Source: Ruminococcus sp. (GTDB lineage Bacteria; Bacillota; Clostridia; Oscillospirales; Ruminococcaceae). From it: DNA of 64,000 bases. The notes below the pieces were generated by a model. It had not been told where the DNA came from, did no database searches, and saw only the letters and a list, made by a program, of their open reading frames with translations. Of the stretch, positions 17,582 through 26,536 are shown piece after piece. The translations under genes were made by a program, and so were the position numbers. How positions within the stretch are numbered: position 1 is the first letter of the stretch; the number at the start of each line of letters is the position of its first letter. The stretch spans positions 4,626 to 68,625 of the forward strand of contig JAFUQX010000063.1 in the NCBI GenBank assembly GCA_017472145.1, in the 5' to 3' direction.

Positions 17582-19627
17582 ATGAAAAACAACAACGCAA
17601 CCAAGCTCCTTTGTCTCATTGTCTCGGTGCTGCTCTGTCTGACGCTGATCCCCATGCCATCTATTTCGGCAGCTACAGTCATCACAGAGAACACCATCAG
17701 CTCGGAGGATGGTTACGACTACGAGCTGTGGAAGGATTCGGGCAACACCAAGATGACGCTTACAGGCGGAGGTACGTTCAGCTGTGAATGGAGCAACATT
17801 AACAACGCTCTTTTCCGGAAGGGAAAGAAATTCGACTGCACCCAGACCTACAAGGAGCTGGGCGGCATCACCGTGGATTATGAGGTGGACTACAATCCCA
17901 ACGGTAACTCCTACCTGTGCGTCTACGGCTGGACAAAAGATCCTCTGATCGAGTATTACATTGTGGAATCCTGGGGTTCCTGGCGTCCGCCCGGGGCGAC
18001 CTCAAAGGGCACGATCACCGTTGACGGCGGTGTCTATGATGTGTATGTGACCACCAGAGAGAATCAGCCCTCTATCATCGGAACAACCACCTTTCAGCAG
18101 TATTGGAGCGTGCGTCAGACACGGCGTACAAGCGGCACGATTACAGTGAGTGACCATTTTAAGGCATGGGAAGATATGGGTATGACCATGGGCAAAATGT
18201 ATGAAACGGCTCTGACTGTAGAAGGCTATCAGAGCAGCGGTTCTGCTACTGTCAAGAAGAATACCATCACGATCGGTGGTTCAGCCGCCACTACGGCAAC
18301 AACCACAACGACGACTACTACAACCACTACAACCACTACAACGGCTCCGGAAAATACCACGCCGGCGGTCTTTGATGATGGCACTGCATGGATGATCAAG
18401 AATGTGAACAGCGGCCTTTACATAGATATTGAAGGTGCAAAGGCGGCCAATGGTACAAACGCTCAGCAGTGGGGTGCGGATGCAGCAGGCGCACAAAATA
18501 CCTTCCGGCTGTTCGAGGCCGGGGACGGTTACTATTATATTGCATCGGCTGTGGGAGACGGCGGAACCTACGTGCTCGATGTCAACGGAAAAAGCTCAGC
18601 TAACGGTGCTAATATCGGAATTTATGAATACACCGGCGGAGACAATCAGAAGTTCAAATTCACGCAGAATTCGGACGGCTCATATAAAATCCGCACGAAG
18701 GTTTCCGGAGACAAATCCGGTATGGAGATCGTCAATGCTGAAACCGGTTCCGGTGCAAATGTACAGCAGTATAGCATAAACGGTCATGCCTGTCAGAACT
18801 GGGTGCTTGTCCCTGTGACCAATCCTGGCTGTGAAATGGACACCAGCGTGGTATATGAATTTGAGAACGTAAACAGCGGCATGGTCATGGATATTCCAAA
18901 TGGAGATATGAAGGACAATGCCAATGTGCAGCAGTGGGATTCCAACGGTGCCTCCTGTCAGCAGTGGACGCTTGAGCCATTTTCCGGCGGCGGAAATTAT
19001 TACTACATCCGTTCAGTGGCTGATCCGCAATATGTGCTCCGTGCCGAGAGCAGCTCCAACGGCGGCAATGTCAGCATTCTCTCTTTCTCAGGCAGTGACA
19101 GTGCAATGCTCTTTAAGTTTGCAAAGAATCTGGATGGTACATACACCATTATGACACGGGCCTCCAAGGATGCCTGTCTTGTTGAAGTCGGCAGCGCAAG
19201 TGTAAGCAAGGGTGCAAATGTTCAGCAGTGGGAGCCTACCTTCCATGCCTGTCAGGATTGGAAGGCCAATACTGTGACGACAACCACTACAACGACAACA
19301 ACAACGACAACTACTACAACGACAACAACTACTACAACGTCTGCATCCACGACCGCACCGATCCTGACCACTGCATCTGTATCAGAGACTACTACCTCTG
19401 CAGCGGAATCCACAACTGTAACTACTGAGCCGCAGGTAGTGTCTGGCGATATCAATGGGGACGGGACTCTCAGCGTGCTGGATCTTGTAGCATTGCAGAA
19501 GCACCTGATCCATTTGAATTCTCTTGAAAAGACACAGCACACCGCAGCAGATACAAATCAGGATGGACGGATAAATGTCTTTGATCTGGCTTTGCTGAAG
19601 CGGCTTGTGCTGGAACGTATTGCATAA
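17582..19627 (+). CDS. GH11 endo-1,4-beta-xylanase with two ricin-type (CBM13) modules and a dockerin
   Basis: GH11 core (YELWKDSGN...[21 protein letters not shown]...[10 protein letters not shown]...[11 protein letters not shown]). Poly-Thr linkers. QxW repeats (NAQQWG, VQQYS, CQNW, VQQWD, CQQW, VQQWE, CQDW). C-terminal dockerin ([18 protein letters not shown]...[17 protein letters not shown]). Confidence 0.9.
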   Translation: MKNNNATKLLCLIVSVLLCLTLIPMPSISAATVITENTISSEDGYDYELWKDSGNTKMTLTGGGTFSCEWSNINNALFRKGKKFDCTQTYKELGGITVDYEVDYNPNGNSYLCVYGWTKDPLIEYYIVESWGSWRPPGATSKGTITVDGGVYDVYVTTRENQPSIIGTTTFQQYWSVRQTRRTSGTITVSDHFKAWEDMGMTMGKMYETALTVEGYQSSGSATVKKNTITIGGSAATTATTTTTTTTTTTTTTTAPENTTPAVFDDGTAWMIKNVNSGLYIDIEGAKAANGTNAQQWGADAAGAQNTFRLFEAGDGYYYIASAVGDGGTYVLDVNGKSSANGANIGIYEYTGGDNQKFKFTQNSDGSYKIRTKVSGDKSGMEIVNAETGSGANVQQYSINGHACQNWVLVPVTNPGCEMDTSVVYEFENVNSGMVMDIPNGDMKDNANVQQWDSNGASCQQWTLEPFSGGGNYYYIRSVADPQYVLRAESSSNGGNVSILSFSGSDSAMLFKFAKNLDGTYTIMTRASKDACLVEVGSASVSKGANVQQWEPTFHACQDWKANTVTTTTTTTTTTTTTTTTTTTTTSASTTAPILTTASVSETTTSAAESTTVTTEPQVVSGDINGDGTLSVLDLVALQKHLIHLNSLEKTQHTAADTNQDGRINVFDLALLKRLVLERIA

Positions 19628-19666
19628 CAGGGTGTGATGTCTGATCCTCTGTTCAGAATAAAAAAG

Positions 19667-19706
19667 AAATGCGAAGTACACTTTTAGCGTGCTTCGCATT
19701 TTTTAT
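19667..19706 (+). terminator. Intrinsic terminator after the xylanase gene
   Basis: Stem AAATGCGAAG / CTTCGCATTT followed by TTTTT. Confidence 0.65.
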
Positions 19707-19867
19707 ATATGACCAGATGTGTAGGAGTTAAGTGTCATATCTATGTCTTTATTGTGCACATACTCTGATTCTTCCATGGGTTAGAGCAAAAAATTGACAA
19801 AATATGCATTTATGTGATATATTGATAGAAGAATATATGCTATAATAAATGCAAAGGTGGTGCGGCC

Positions 19868-20626
19868 ATGGAAATTCAGAAGAAACTGTCTCATGTGGAA
19901 TTTCTGAATCGGGAATACAATATTCCTCACTTATCATACGAGCGGGAAACGGCCTTTTTTCAGAGTATCCGGGATGGGGACATTACGGAAGTCAGAAGGC
20001 TGTTCAAGCCCTTCGACTGCGGGGAAATGGGACAGCTCAGCGAGGACAGTCTCCGCAATCTGAAATATCATCTGATTATTACGGTTGCTCTGATCACACG
20101 CAGATGCATTGAGGGCGGTATGGAGACAAGGGCGGCCTATAACCTGAGCGATATCTATATTCGCAGCATCGATAAATGTCAGAGAGAGGAAGAGATCCAT
20201 CTGCTGCATCGGGAGGTTGTGGAGGATTATGCGCAGCGCATGCAGATCCTTCATAGAAAGACTCTTTATCCCAGACCCGTTCTTCTGTGTCTTGACTATA
20301 TTTATGATAATCTCCACACCCATATTACCCTGGATAAGCTGGCGGAGGTTACAGGTCTGAGTCCGTCCTATCTTTCCAGATTGTTTCACAAGGAGGTTGG
20401 TCAGACGATCTCGGGATATATCATGAAAAAACGGATTGTTGCAGCGGAGAATATGCTGAAGTATTCAAACTATACCTGCATGGAGATTTCAGATTATCTC
20501 TGCTTTAGTTCGGAAAGCCACTTTATCCAGGTATTCAAAAAGCATACAGGCTTTACGCCCAGACGCTATCGGGAGCGATTTTTCAGAAACGGACAGGATG
20601 ATAACCTGGGTTCTGAATCGATATAA
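19868..20626 (+). CDS. AraC-family transcriptional regulator
   Basis: C-terminal double HTH: LDKLAEVTGLSPSYLSRLFHKEVG...MEISDYLCFSSESHFIQVFKKHTGFTPRRYR. Confidence 0.85.
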   Translation: MEIQKKLSHVEFLNREYNIPHLSYERETAFFQSIRDGDITEVRRLFKPFDCGEMGQLSEDSLRNLKYHLIITVALITRRCIEGGMETRAAYNLSDIYIRSIDKCQREEEIHLLHREVVEDYAQRMQILHRKTLYPRPVLLCLDYIYDNLHTHITLDKLAEVTGLSPSYLSRLFHKEVGQTISGYIMKKRIVAAENMLKYSNYTCMEISDYLCFSSESHFIQVFKKHTGFTPRRYRERFFRNGQDDNLGSESI

Positions 20627-20644
20627 ACTGAAGGAGGATTTTTT

Positions 20645-21610
20645 ATGAAAAAGCAAATCAGAAGCGCAGCGGCCTTTCTTACATCTGCTGCATGCATTGT
20701 CTCAGTTGGAGCAGGTGCAGCTGCACTTAGCGGTGTTCTTGGGGACACAGACAATGATGGCGCAGTGGGAGCGAGTGATATCCGACAGGTTCAGGATTAT
20801 CTTCTTGGCCGGAACATTGCTGTTTCAGAGAAAATGGATATGAATAAGGATGGTACAGTGAATGTATTCGATCTGTGCCTGCTGAAGAGCGCATCGTCCG
20901 AAGAAGAAACGGCCATTCCGGACTATGGAACAGCCCCGGACACAGAGGCTACCATGTATTCCAACTTCAGAGAAGGCGCAACATCCTATTTCTTTGCATC
21001 CGATGGCTGGTCAAACGGCTCCTGCTTTGACTGCGTATGGCGTGGAAGCAATGCTGTATTTGAGCAGAATGCGCTGAATCTGACGATCAGCGAGGATGCA
21101 TCCGGAGAATATGAGTATGCAGGAGCAGAGTACCGGACCTCCGATCACTATCACTACGGATACTATGAAACCTCTATGCAGGCCATCAAAAATGATGGTG
21201 TCGTGTCCTCCTTCTTCACCTATACAGGGCCGTCTGAGAACAATCCCTGGGATGAGATCGATATTGAGATTCTGGGAAAGGACACCACAAAGGTACAGCT
21301 GAACTACTATACCAACGGCGTAGGCAATCACGAGGTTATGTATGATCTTGGCTTTGATGCCTCTGAGGGATATCATACCTATGGCTTTGACTGGCAGGAG
21401 GATCATATTACATGGTATGTAGACGGCCAGCCGATCCATACAGCCTATGACAATATCCCCACCACACCGGGCCGGATCATGATGAATGTATGGCCGGGTA
21501 CAGGCGTAGACAGCTGGCTGAATGCTTACGATGGAACTACACCTCTGACCGCACGCTATCAGTGGGTGACCTATTCGGAAGAGGGCGCAGCAGATGCAGA
21601 AATATCCTGA
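20645..21610 (+). CDS. Dockerin-fused GH16 beta-1,3-1,4-glucanase (lichenase)
   Basis: Signal peptide and N-terminal dockerin (GDTDNDGAVGASDIRQVQ...DMNKDGTVNVFDLCLLK). GH16 lichenase core NPWDEIDIEILGKDTTKVQLNYYTNG...GFDWQ...ITWYVDG...IMMNVWPG. Confidence 0.9.
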   Translation: MKKQIRSAAAFLTSAACIVSVGAGAAALSGVLGDTDNDGAVGASDIRQVQDYLLGRNIAVSEKMDMNKDGTVNVFDLCLLKSASSEEETAIPDYGTAPDTEATMYSNFREGATSYFFASDGWSNGSCFDCVWRGSNAVFEQNALNLTISEDASGEYEYAGAEYRTSDHYHYGYYETSMQAIKNDGVVSSFFTYTGPSENNPWDEIDIEILGKDTTKVQLNYYTNGVGNHEVMYDLGFDASEGYHTYGFDWQEDHITWYVDGQPIHTAYDNIPTTPGRIMMNVWPGTGVDSWLNAYDGTTPLTARYQWVTYSEEGAADAEIS

Positions 21611-21661
21611 CGTACAGGATAAGAAAACACCGGAGCTTCTTCGTGCATAATTATAAGAAAG

Positions 21662-21697
21662 AGGGCTGTCGTATGCATAAAATACGGCAGCCCTTTG
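21662..21697. terminator. Hairpin between convergent GH16 and cas6 genes
   Basis: 13-bp stem AGGGCTGTCGTAT / ATACGGCAGCCCT. The flanking T/A runs are short. Confidence 0.5.
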
Positions 21698-21703
21698 ATT
21701 GCA

Positions 21704-22426
21704 TTATACGGGTGTTATGGAGAAGCCGCCCATACCGAGAGCTGTTTTTGCGCCCAGTCCGCTGTAGACAGCATAGCTCAGGAGTGTGCGGAGCAAGTCA
21801 CCATGAGGATTTTTCTGCGGGATCCGGAGGAGCATTGTTCCCGTCATACCCGGAATGGCCATTCCAGTGAGAAAATGGGTGTGTCCGGAGAGGGAATAGT
21901 CCAGAACCTCACAGCAGTCCCATCCTTCGAGGAAATCCTCCCATCGGAGATTCAGCCCCTCGAATGTATTGATCTTGCACAGAACAGAGTAGAAATATTT
22001 CTCCGGCATGGGTGGATTCCGGAATCGTCCCTTTGAGCGGTACATGGCCGGCGTTTCAAAGGTGAGCCGCAGTTTATTTGCAGAAAGGCACCGAGCCGCT
22101 TCCGGATATTGTATGGGCTTATTTACCGTGACGTGGGTCAGCTGAATGGGCCTGGGGCATCCGCAGAGGGAGATCTGTTCCAGGCCGCAGAGTGTATCGA
22201 TCAGTCCGCACGCACGGTCTGTCAGGGCAGAAATACGCAGCCGGAGGACACCCTCCTTCTCATGAAGGCAGGACAGGGCATAGGGATGATATTGGGGCTG
22301 GTGGAGCCATTCGGCCAGATCTGGTGCGATTTTATCCATCAGAAAGCCATGGATCTTCACCGCCGGGTCAGATTGGAGTGCAGAGAGATCGGTGTATTTA
22401 TAGGAAAGTTCAGCACGATAGAGCAT
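21704..22426 (-). CDS. cas6: CRISPR-associated endoribonuclease Cas6
   Basis: 240 aa with a C-terminal glycine-rich loop GLGAKTALGMGGF typical of Cas6. It is divergent from, and 216 nt away from, a CRISPR array. Confidence 0.8.
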   Translation of the reverse strand: MLYRAELSYKYTDLSALQSDPAVKIHGFLMDKIAPDLAEWLHQPQYHPYALSCLHEKEGVLRLRISALTDRACGLIDTLCGLEQISLCGCPRPIQLTHVTVNKPIQYPEAARCLSANKLRLTFETPAMYRSKGRFRNPPMPEKYFYSVLCKINTFEGLNLRWEDFLEGWDCCEVLDYSLSGHTHFLTGMAIPGMTGTMLLRIPQKNPHGDLLRTLLSYAVYSGLGAKTALGMGGFSITPV

Positions 22427-22535
22427 AAACGGAAACCTCCGGTTTTTTCTTTTATTATATCATATTTTTCTCAGGAAGTAAAGGAGCGCGGAAGGATTCG
22501 CACCGGCACGTATCAAATTTATCTTTAATAGGGGC

Positions 22536-22563
22536 TTGACTTTTGTGAATTTTGTGGTATACT
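22536..22563 (+). promoter_or_regulatory. Candidate leader promoter of the CRISPR array
   Basis: TTGACT, 16 nt spacer, TATACT with a TGg extended -10, about 80 nt upstream of repeat 1 in an A/T-rich leader. Confidence 0.45.
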
Positions 22564-22642
22564 TAAAGTAGTTGCAGCAATTGAACGAGGCAATGCGACA
22601 AGAAGTGCGGTGAAATGGCCCTATATTTTAGGAGATTTTGCC

Positions 22643-23201
22643 GCTGCAACCCACCCCCGCAAGGGGATTGAGACAACTTTCAGACCGTTTTTATCGCAGA
22701 CATTGTAAAGCTGCAACCCACCCCCGCAAGGGGATTGAGACTTTTTTGCTAGGTTTATTTTTTGCTAGGTTTATTGCTGCAACCCACCCCCGCAAGGGGA
22801 TTGAGACTGCTTCCAGGGCGGCCAGCCTGTCCCAGACGCCTTGGCTGCAACCCACCCCCGCAAGGGGATTGAGACCGCAGGGAGAAAAGTATGCCGACCG
22901 GATCTACGCTGCAACCCACCCCCGCAAGGGGATTGAGACTGTGCTGTCATAATCCATACTTCCCTTCTTTCGGCTGCAACCCACCCCCGCAAGGGGATTG
23001 AGACCTGTTTAGTTGTTTGTGTCCGTGCTTTTCTGCTTGCTGCAACCCACCCCCGCAAGGGGATTGAGACTTCCCTGCTGCAGAGGTAACATAGGACCAC
23101 CGCTGCTGCACCCCACCCTCGCAAGGGGATTGAGACTCCTGATCTACCACAGTGGCACCAGCGAATACAGCTGCACCCCACCCTACAAAGCACAAAAAAC
23201 C
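22643..23201 (+). CRISPR. CRISPR array with 9 repeats of 32 nt and 8 spacers of 32-36 nt
   Basis: Repeat GCTGCAACCCACCCCCGCAAGGGGATTGAGAC starts at 22643, 22710, 22776, 22844, 22908, 22973 and 23039 (all identical). The copy at 23105 has 2 mismatches and the copy at 23170 is degenerate. It has an internal CCCC-GCAA-GGGG hairpin and ends in ATTGAGAC (the 8-nt handle type). This sets the orientation to the + strand, with decay at the distal end. Confidence 0.95.
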
Positions 23202-23228
23202 ACCTGACCGTTCAAGTCAGGTGGTTTT
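23200..23228. terminator. Bidirectional terminator (end of CRISPR transcript / end of the protease gene)
   Basis: Stem CCACCTGAC / GTCAGGTGG with a T-run on the + strand and a 6-A run upstream (a T-run on the - strand). Confidence 0.65.
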
Positions 23229-23253
23229 GCTTTCAGCTTCTGTATTTTTTACA

Positions 23254-24786
23254 TCAATTGGGAGAAATGGTAATGGTATACTGACCATCCACAAGCGCAC
23301 CCACCGAGATGGTGACGCTGGGGTCAATGGATTCCTGTTCACTGCTGTCATACCAGCCGAAGCCGGAGGTACTGCTGCTGATCACATCGCCGGTCCGGAA
23401 GGGACTTCCGCCGTCATTGACTAGGCGAATCAGACGGATGCCTTCATCGTTGAGACCCGTATGTTCTGAGCCGTTCTGGTACTTGGGATAGGTCCACCAC
23501 TCATCGGAATACAGCTCCGCCTGGATGTGGTGAATACGGATACCGCTTTCGATCTCCTGCCACCAGAGATGGCCCACAGCACTGTTATTTCCGGTATCGG
23601 TGGAATATTCAATAATAAAGTATTCAGAGAAATAGTCCTCGCTGAGCGTACCATAGGGGATGATCACACAGTTTCCCTCCTCGGTCTGCGCCGCTGAAAG
23701 CAGGAAGGTCTGCACGCCCTGGGTGCTGTCATAGACCTGGACCTGATCCTCTCTGTACCAGCCCAGCATCAGCTTGGAGAAAGCGCCGAAGTCGGAGTAT
23801 GCGTCTGCATCCATCAGCTCTGTACCGGCCGGGCCGTGCATACTGTCAAAATCTTCAGAATAATACAGGTAGTAGTCCGGCAGACCCATACAGTGACCCA
23901 TCTCATGAAGATAACTGCTGTTGAAGTTCATATGGTCAGAGGGAGCTGCATTTCCGGTGATGATATGGCCGATCGTCATGCCGTCCACCGTATAATACGG
24001 ATCGCCGAAGCCGCCTGCACAAGGCCACCAATAATCTTCATCTGCACTCTCCGGAACGGTAAGCAGAGTTGCATCGATCCTTCCATCGCCATCCTTGTCA
24101 AACTGACTGAAATCAACGCTGTCTTTAAAGGCCGCATAGCATTCCTTGGCCAGTGCGGCCTTGTCCTCATTATAGGCAGAGATGGAATTCTGGGCCGTAT
24201 AGGAAAATACCTGGCCGGTCAGATTCATAGAGCCTTTTGAGGAGCGCTTGTAGAATGCGTGCATGCTCTCAAAGGGATAATAGGCCGAGGTCTCGTCCTC
24301 TCCGCCGAATGCGATCTCCTGCACTTCTTCCGCAGACAGCTTGTTTTCGTAGGTGCAGTCCGGGAAGTCTATGTAGAAGATAACGAGACCTGCATCACCC
24401 TGAGAGGGCAGTGAGCTGCCCACAGCAGCGATCGGAGCGCTGATAAAGGGCATTTCCGGCTCGGGCTGTTCCTCATAAATGGGAATCCATTCATCGGTAC
24501 TCCTGAGACATCGTTTGAGCAGAGCCAGATCATAGACATTCACATTGCCTTCTCCGGTGAGATCTGCACGGCTGCAGGCGGCTTCATCTGTGATCCGCTC
24601 TGTGTCTGTGAGATGCTTCTGGAGCAGTACTGCATCACGGACGGAAAGCGTGCCATCCAGATTCACATCTCCTTTATATCCTACCAGCACCTGCTGGGCC
24701 GAGGTCGACAGGCTGGTACACAGTCCGGCCGTCAGCAGCACAGAGGTGCTCATCAGAAATAGAATTCCTTTTTTTAACCGTTTCAT
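23254..24786 (-). CDS. Dockerin-fused M6 (InhA-like) zinc metalloprotease
   Basis: Signal peptide and N-terminal dockerin (GDVNLDGTLSVRDAVLLQ...DLTGEGNVNVYDLALLK). Zinc motif HEMGHCMGLPDYY, matching the HExxHxxGLPDxY signature of family M6 as I recall it. Confidence 0.75.
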   Translation of the reverse strand: MKRLKKGILFLMSTSVLLTAGLCTSLSTSAQQVLVGYKGDVNLDGTLSVRDAVLLQKHLTDTERITDEAACSRADLTGEGNVNVYDLALLKRCLRSTDEWIPIYEEQPEPEMPFISAPIAAVGSSLPSQGDAGLVIFYIDFPDCTYENKLSAEEVQEIAFGGEDETSAYYPFESMHAFYKRSSKGSMNLTGQVFSYTAQNSISAYNEDKAALAKECYAAFKDSVDFSQFDKDGDGRIDATLLTVPESADEDYWWPCAGGFGDPYYTVDGMTIGHIITGNAAPSDHMNFNSSYLHEMGHCMGLPDYYLYYSEDFDSMHGPAGTELMDADAYSDFGAFSKLMLGWYREDQVQVYDSTQGVQTFLLSAAQTEEGNCVIIPYGTLSEDYFSEYFIIEYSTDTGNNSAVGHLWWQEIESGIRIHHIQAELYSDEWWTYPKYQNGSEHTGLNDEGIRLIRLVNDGGSPFRTGDVISSSTSGFGWYDSSEQESIDPSVTISVGALVDGQYTITISPN

Positions 24787-25077
24787 TGAGAATGCTCCTT
24801 GCTATCGTACTTTTTACCAATACCGGAAGCATCTTCCGGCTTTCTTTTGCATTTCATTGTATCACAGAAGTAGAATAAAGTCAACTTTCAAAGCTTCAAA
24901 ATGTAGAAAATGCTGTAAGAATCTGTCTTTTTGCAGTTCTTTGGGTCTATTGCTTTTTTATCTGAAGAGTCTGTGTTTTATGAATGGGACGGCGGACCGG
25001 GTTATCTCAGATGAATTTTTAGTCTGGCAGCTGTTTGTTTTGTATAAAAGTTTCCACAGATGTTTTAGAATTATCTC

Positions 25078-25106
25078 TTGACAGACGAAGGGGAGGGGGA
25101 TATAAT
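25078..25106 (+). promoter_or_regulatory. Promoter of the alcohol dehydrogenase gene
   Basis: TTGACA, 17 nt spacer, TATAAT. Confidence 0.55.
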
Positions 25107-25165
25107 GAAAACAATGCGTCCGGTTGAACGCAGAAATCACACAGAGACAGAAAGGGAGATTTGTC

Positions 25166-26329
25166 ATGAAATTTGACTTTATGTATTACAACCCCACCAA
25201 GATCTACTTTGGCAGGAACGCCATGGACAATCTTGCAGAGGAGCTTTCCGGCTATGGGGATACCGTGCTGCTGGCCTATGGAAAGAGTGCCATCAAAAGG
25301 ATCGGCCTGTACGACAAGGTTGTGGATATTCTGAAAGCATGCGGCAAGACGATCGTGGAGCTGGAGGGGATCAAGCCCAATCCCAGCTATGCACAGGTGA
25401 TGGAAGGGGCACGGCTTGTCCGTGAGAACCATGTCCAGCTGATTCTGGCTGTAGGCGGCGGTTCAGTCGTGGACTGTGCAAAGGCCATTTCTGTTGCAGC
25501 CTATTGTGAGGAGGAACCCTGGGAGAAATACTGGATCCGGGAAGAAGCAGTGGAGAATCCCATTGTGCCGGTGGCCAGCATTCTGACCATGACCGGTACA
25601 GGCTCTGAAATGAACGGCGGCTCGGTTATTACCAACGAGGAGCAGATGCTGAAGATGGGACGAGTTTTCCCGGCTGAGGTTTATCCGAGGTTCTCGATCC
25701 TGAATCCGGAGTATACCTACAGTGTACCGAAATATCAGATGGTCAGCGGAATCTATGATATTTTCCAGCATCTTCTGGAGCAGTATTTCAGCGGGGATGA
25801 TGACAATACCACAGATTATCTTATCGAGGGCGTGCTGGCCTCTCTCATCGGCAGCGCACGGGCTGCGCTTCGTGATCCGGAGGACTACGAAGCACGAAGC
25901 AACATTATGTGGTGTGCGACGCTGGGCCTGAACACCATCACAGGGTTGTCCAAGGCGCAGGACTGGGAGGTACACATGATCGAGCATCAGATCGGTGCGT
26001 ACACAGATTGTGCGCACGGGGCTGGTCTTGCCATCACAGCGATTCCGTATTATAAGTATATCTGGCCGTTCGGAGCGGAGAAATTTGTTCGTTTTGCGAA
26101 GAATGTCTGGGGCATTGATGTGAGCAGTCTTACGCAGGAAGAAGCGGCGCTGGCCGGAATTGAAAAGCTCAGTGACTTCATCAAGGAGCTGGGGCTTCCT
26201 ACTACGCTGAGAGAGGTGGGTACAACCGAGGAGATGCTTCCGCTGATTGCAGAGTCTACGGTGCTGGGCGGCGGCTATAAACAGATGACACCTCCGGAGA
26301 TTCTGGAGATCCTGAAGGCTTGTTATTGA
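25166..26329 (+). CDS. Iron-containing (group III) alcohol dehydrogenase, butanol-DH/YqhD-like
   Basis: MKFDFMYYNPTKIYFG..., GGGSVVDCAKAI, TGTGSEMN and a histidine cluster WEVHMIEHQIGAYTDCAHG. Start trimmed to ATG at 25166. Confidence 0.9.
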   Translation: MKFDFMYYNPTKIYFGRNAMDNLAEELSGYGDTVLLAYGKSAIKRIGLYDKVVDILKACGKTIVELEGIKPNPSYAQVMEGARLVRENHVQLILAVGGGSVVDCAKAISVAAYCEEEPWEKYWIREEAVENPIVPVASILTMTGTGSEMNGGSVITNEEQMLKMGRVFPAEVYPRFSILNPEYTYSVPKYQMVSGIYDIFQHLLEQYFSGDDDNTTDYLIEGVLASLIGSARAALRDPEDYEARSNIMWCATLGLNTITGLSKAQDWEVHMIEHQIGAYTDCAHGAGLAITAIPYYKYIWPFGAEKFVRFAKNVWGIDVSSLTQEEAALAGIEKLSDFIKELGLPTTLREVGTTEEMLPLIAESTVLGGGYKQMTPPEILEILKACY

Positions 26330-26360
26330 TTCTGCTCTGTATGGTTGAATTGTGAGAAAG

Positions 26361-26390
26361 GCGGTCTCTGTAAAGAGGACCGCTTTTTTT
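26361..26390 (+). terminator. Intrinsic terminator after adh
   Basis: Stem GCGGTCTC / GAGGACCGC followed by TTTTTTT. Confidence 0.6.
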
Positions 26391-26536
26391 GCAGCGATGC
26401 ATTCCTTGTGCGTTTGATTTTTCTGTAAATTCCGGTATCCTCTTGAAAAAAAGCTCTGGGTATGGTACAATGAAACAAACAATATCGTTTGCTGTAGAAA
26501 ATATAGAGCAAAAACGACATAAGGAGGCAGACTTAT

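Noticed and set aside
17167-17697. 176-aa minus-strand ORF in the long A/T-rich spacer upstream of the xylanase gene
   Set aside because: It overlaps the xylanase start and promoter. It has Cys/Phe-rich low-complexity composition and no RBS, so it is most likely non-coding promoter DNA.
18288-19338. Tandem-repeat-like ACN-rich DNA at about 18288-18345 and 19274-19338
   Set aside because: These are in-frame poly-threonine linkers between the xylanase modules, not satellite or regulatory repeats.
22675-23169. Possible self-targeting of the resident Mu-like prophage by the CRISPR spacers
   Set aside because: I looked by eye for the distinctive cores of the 8 spacers, and their reverse complements, in 48.8-64 kb and found none. 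This is not exhaustive, and a proper BLAST against the full genome is still needed.
22638-23207. ORFs of 64-140 aa on both strands across the CRISPR array
   Set aside because: Their periodic peptides (for example ATHPRKGIET repeated) are translations of the 32-nt repeat, so they are not genes.
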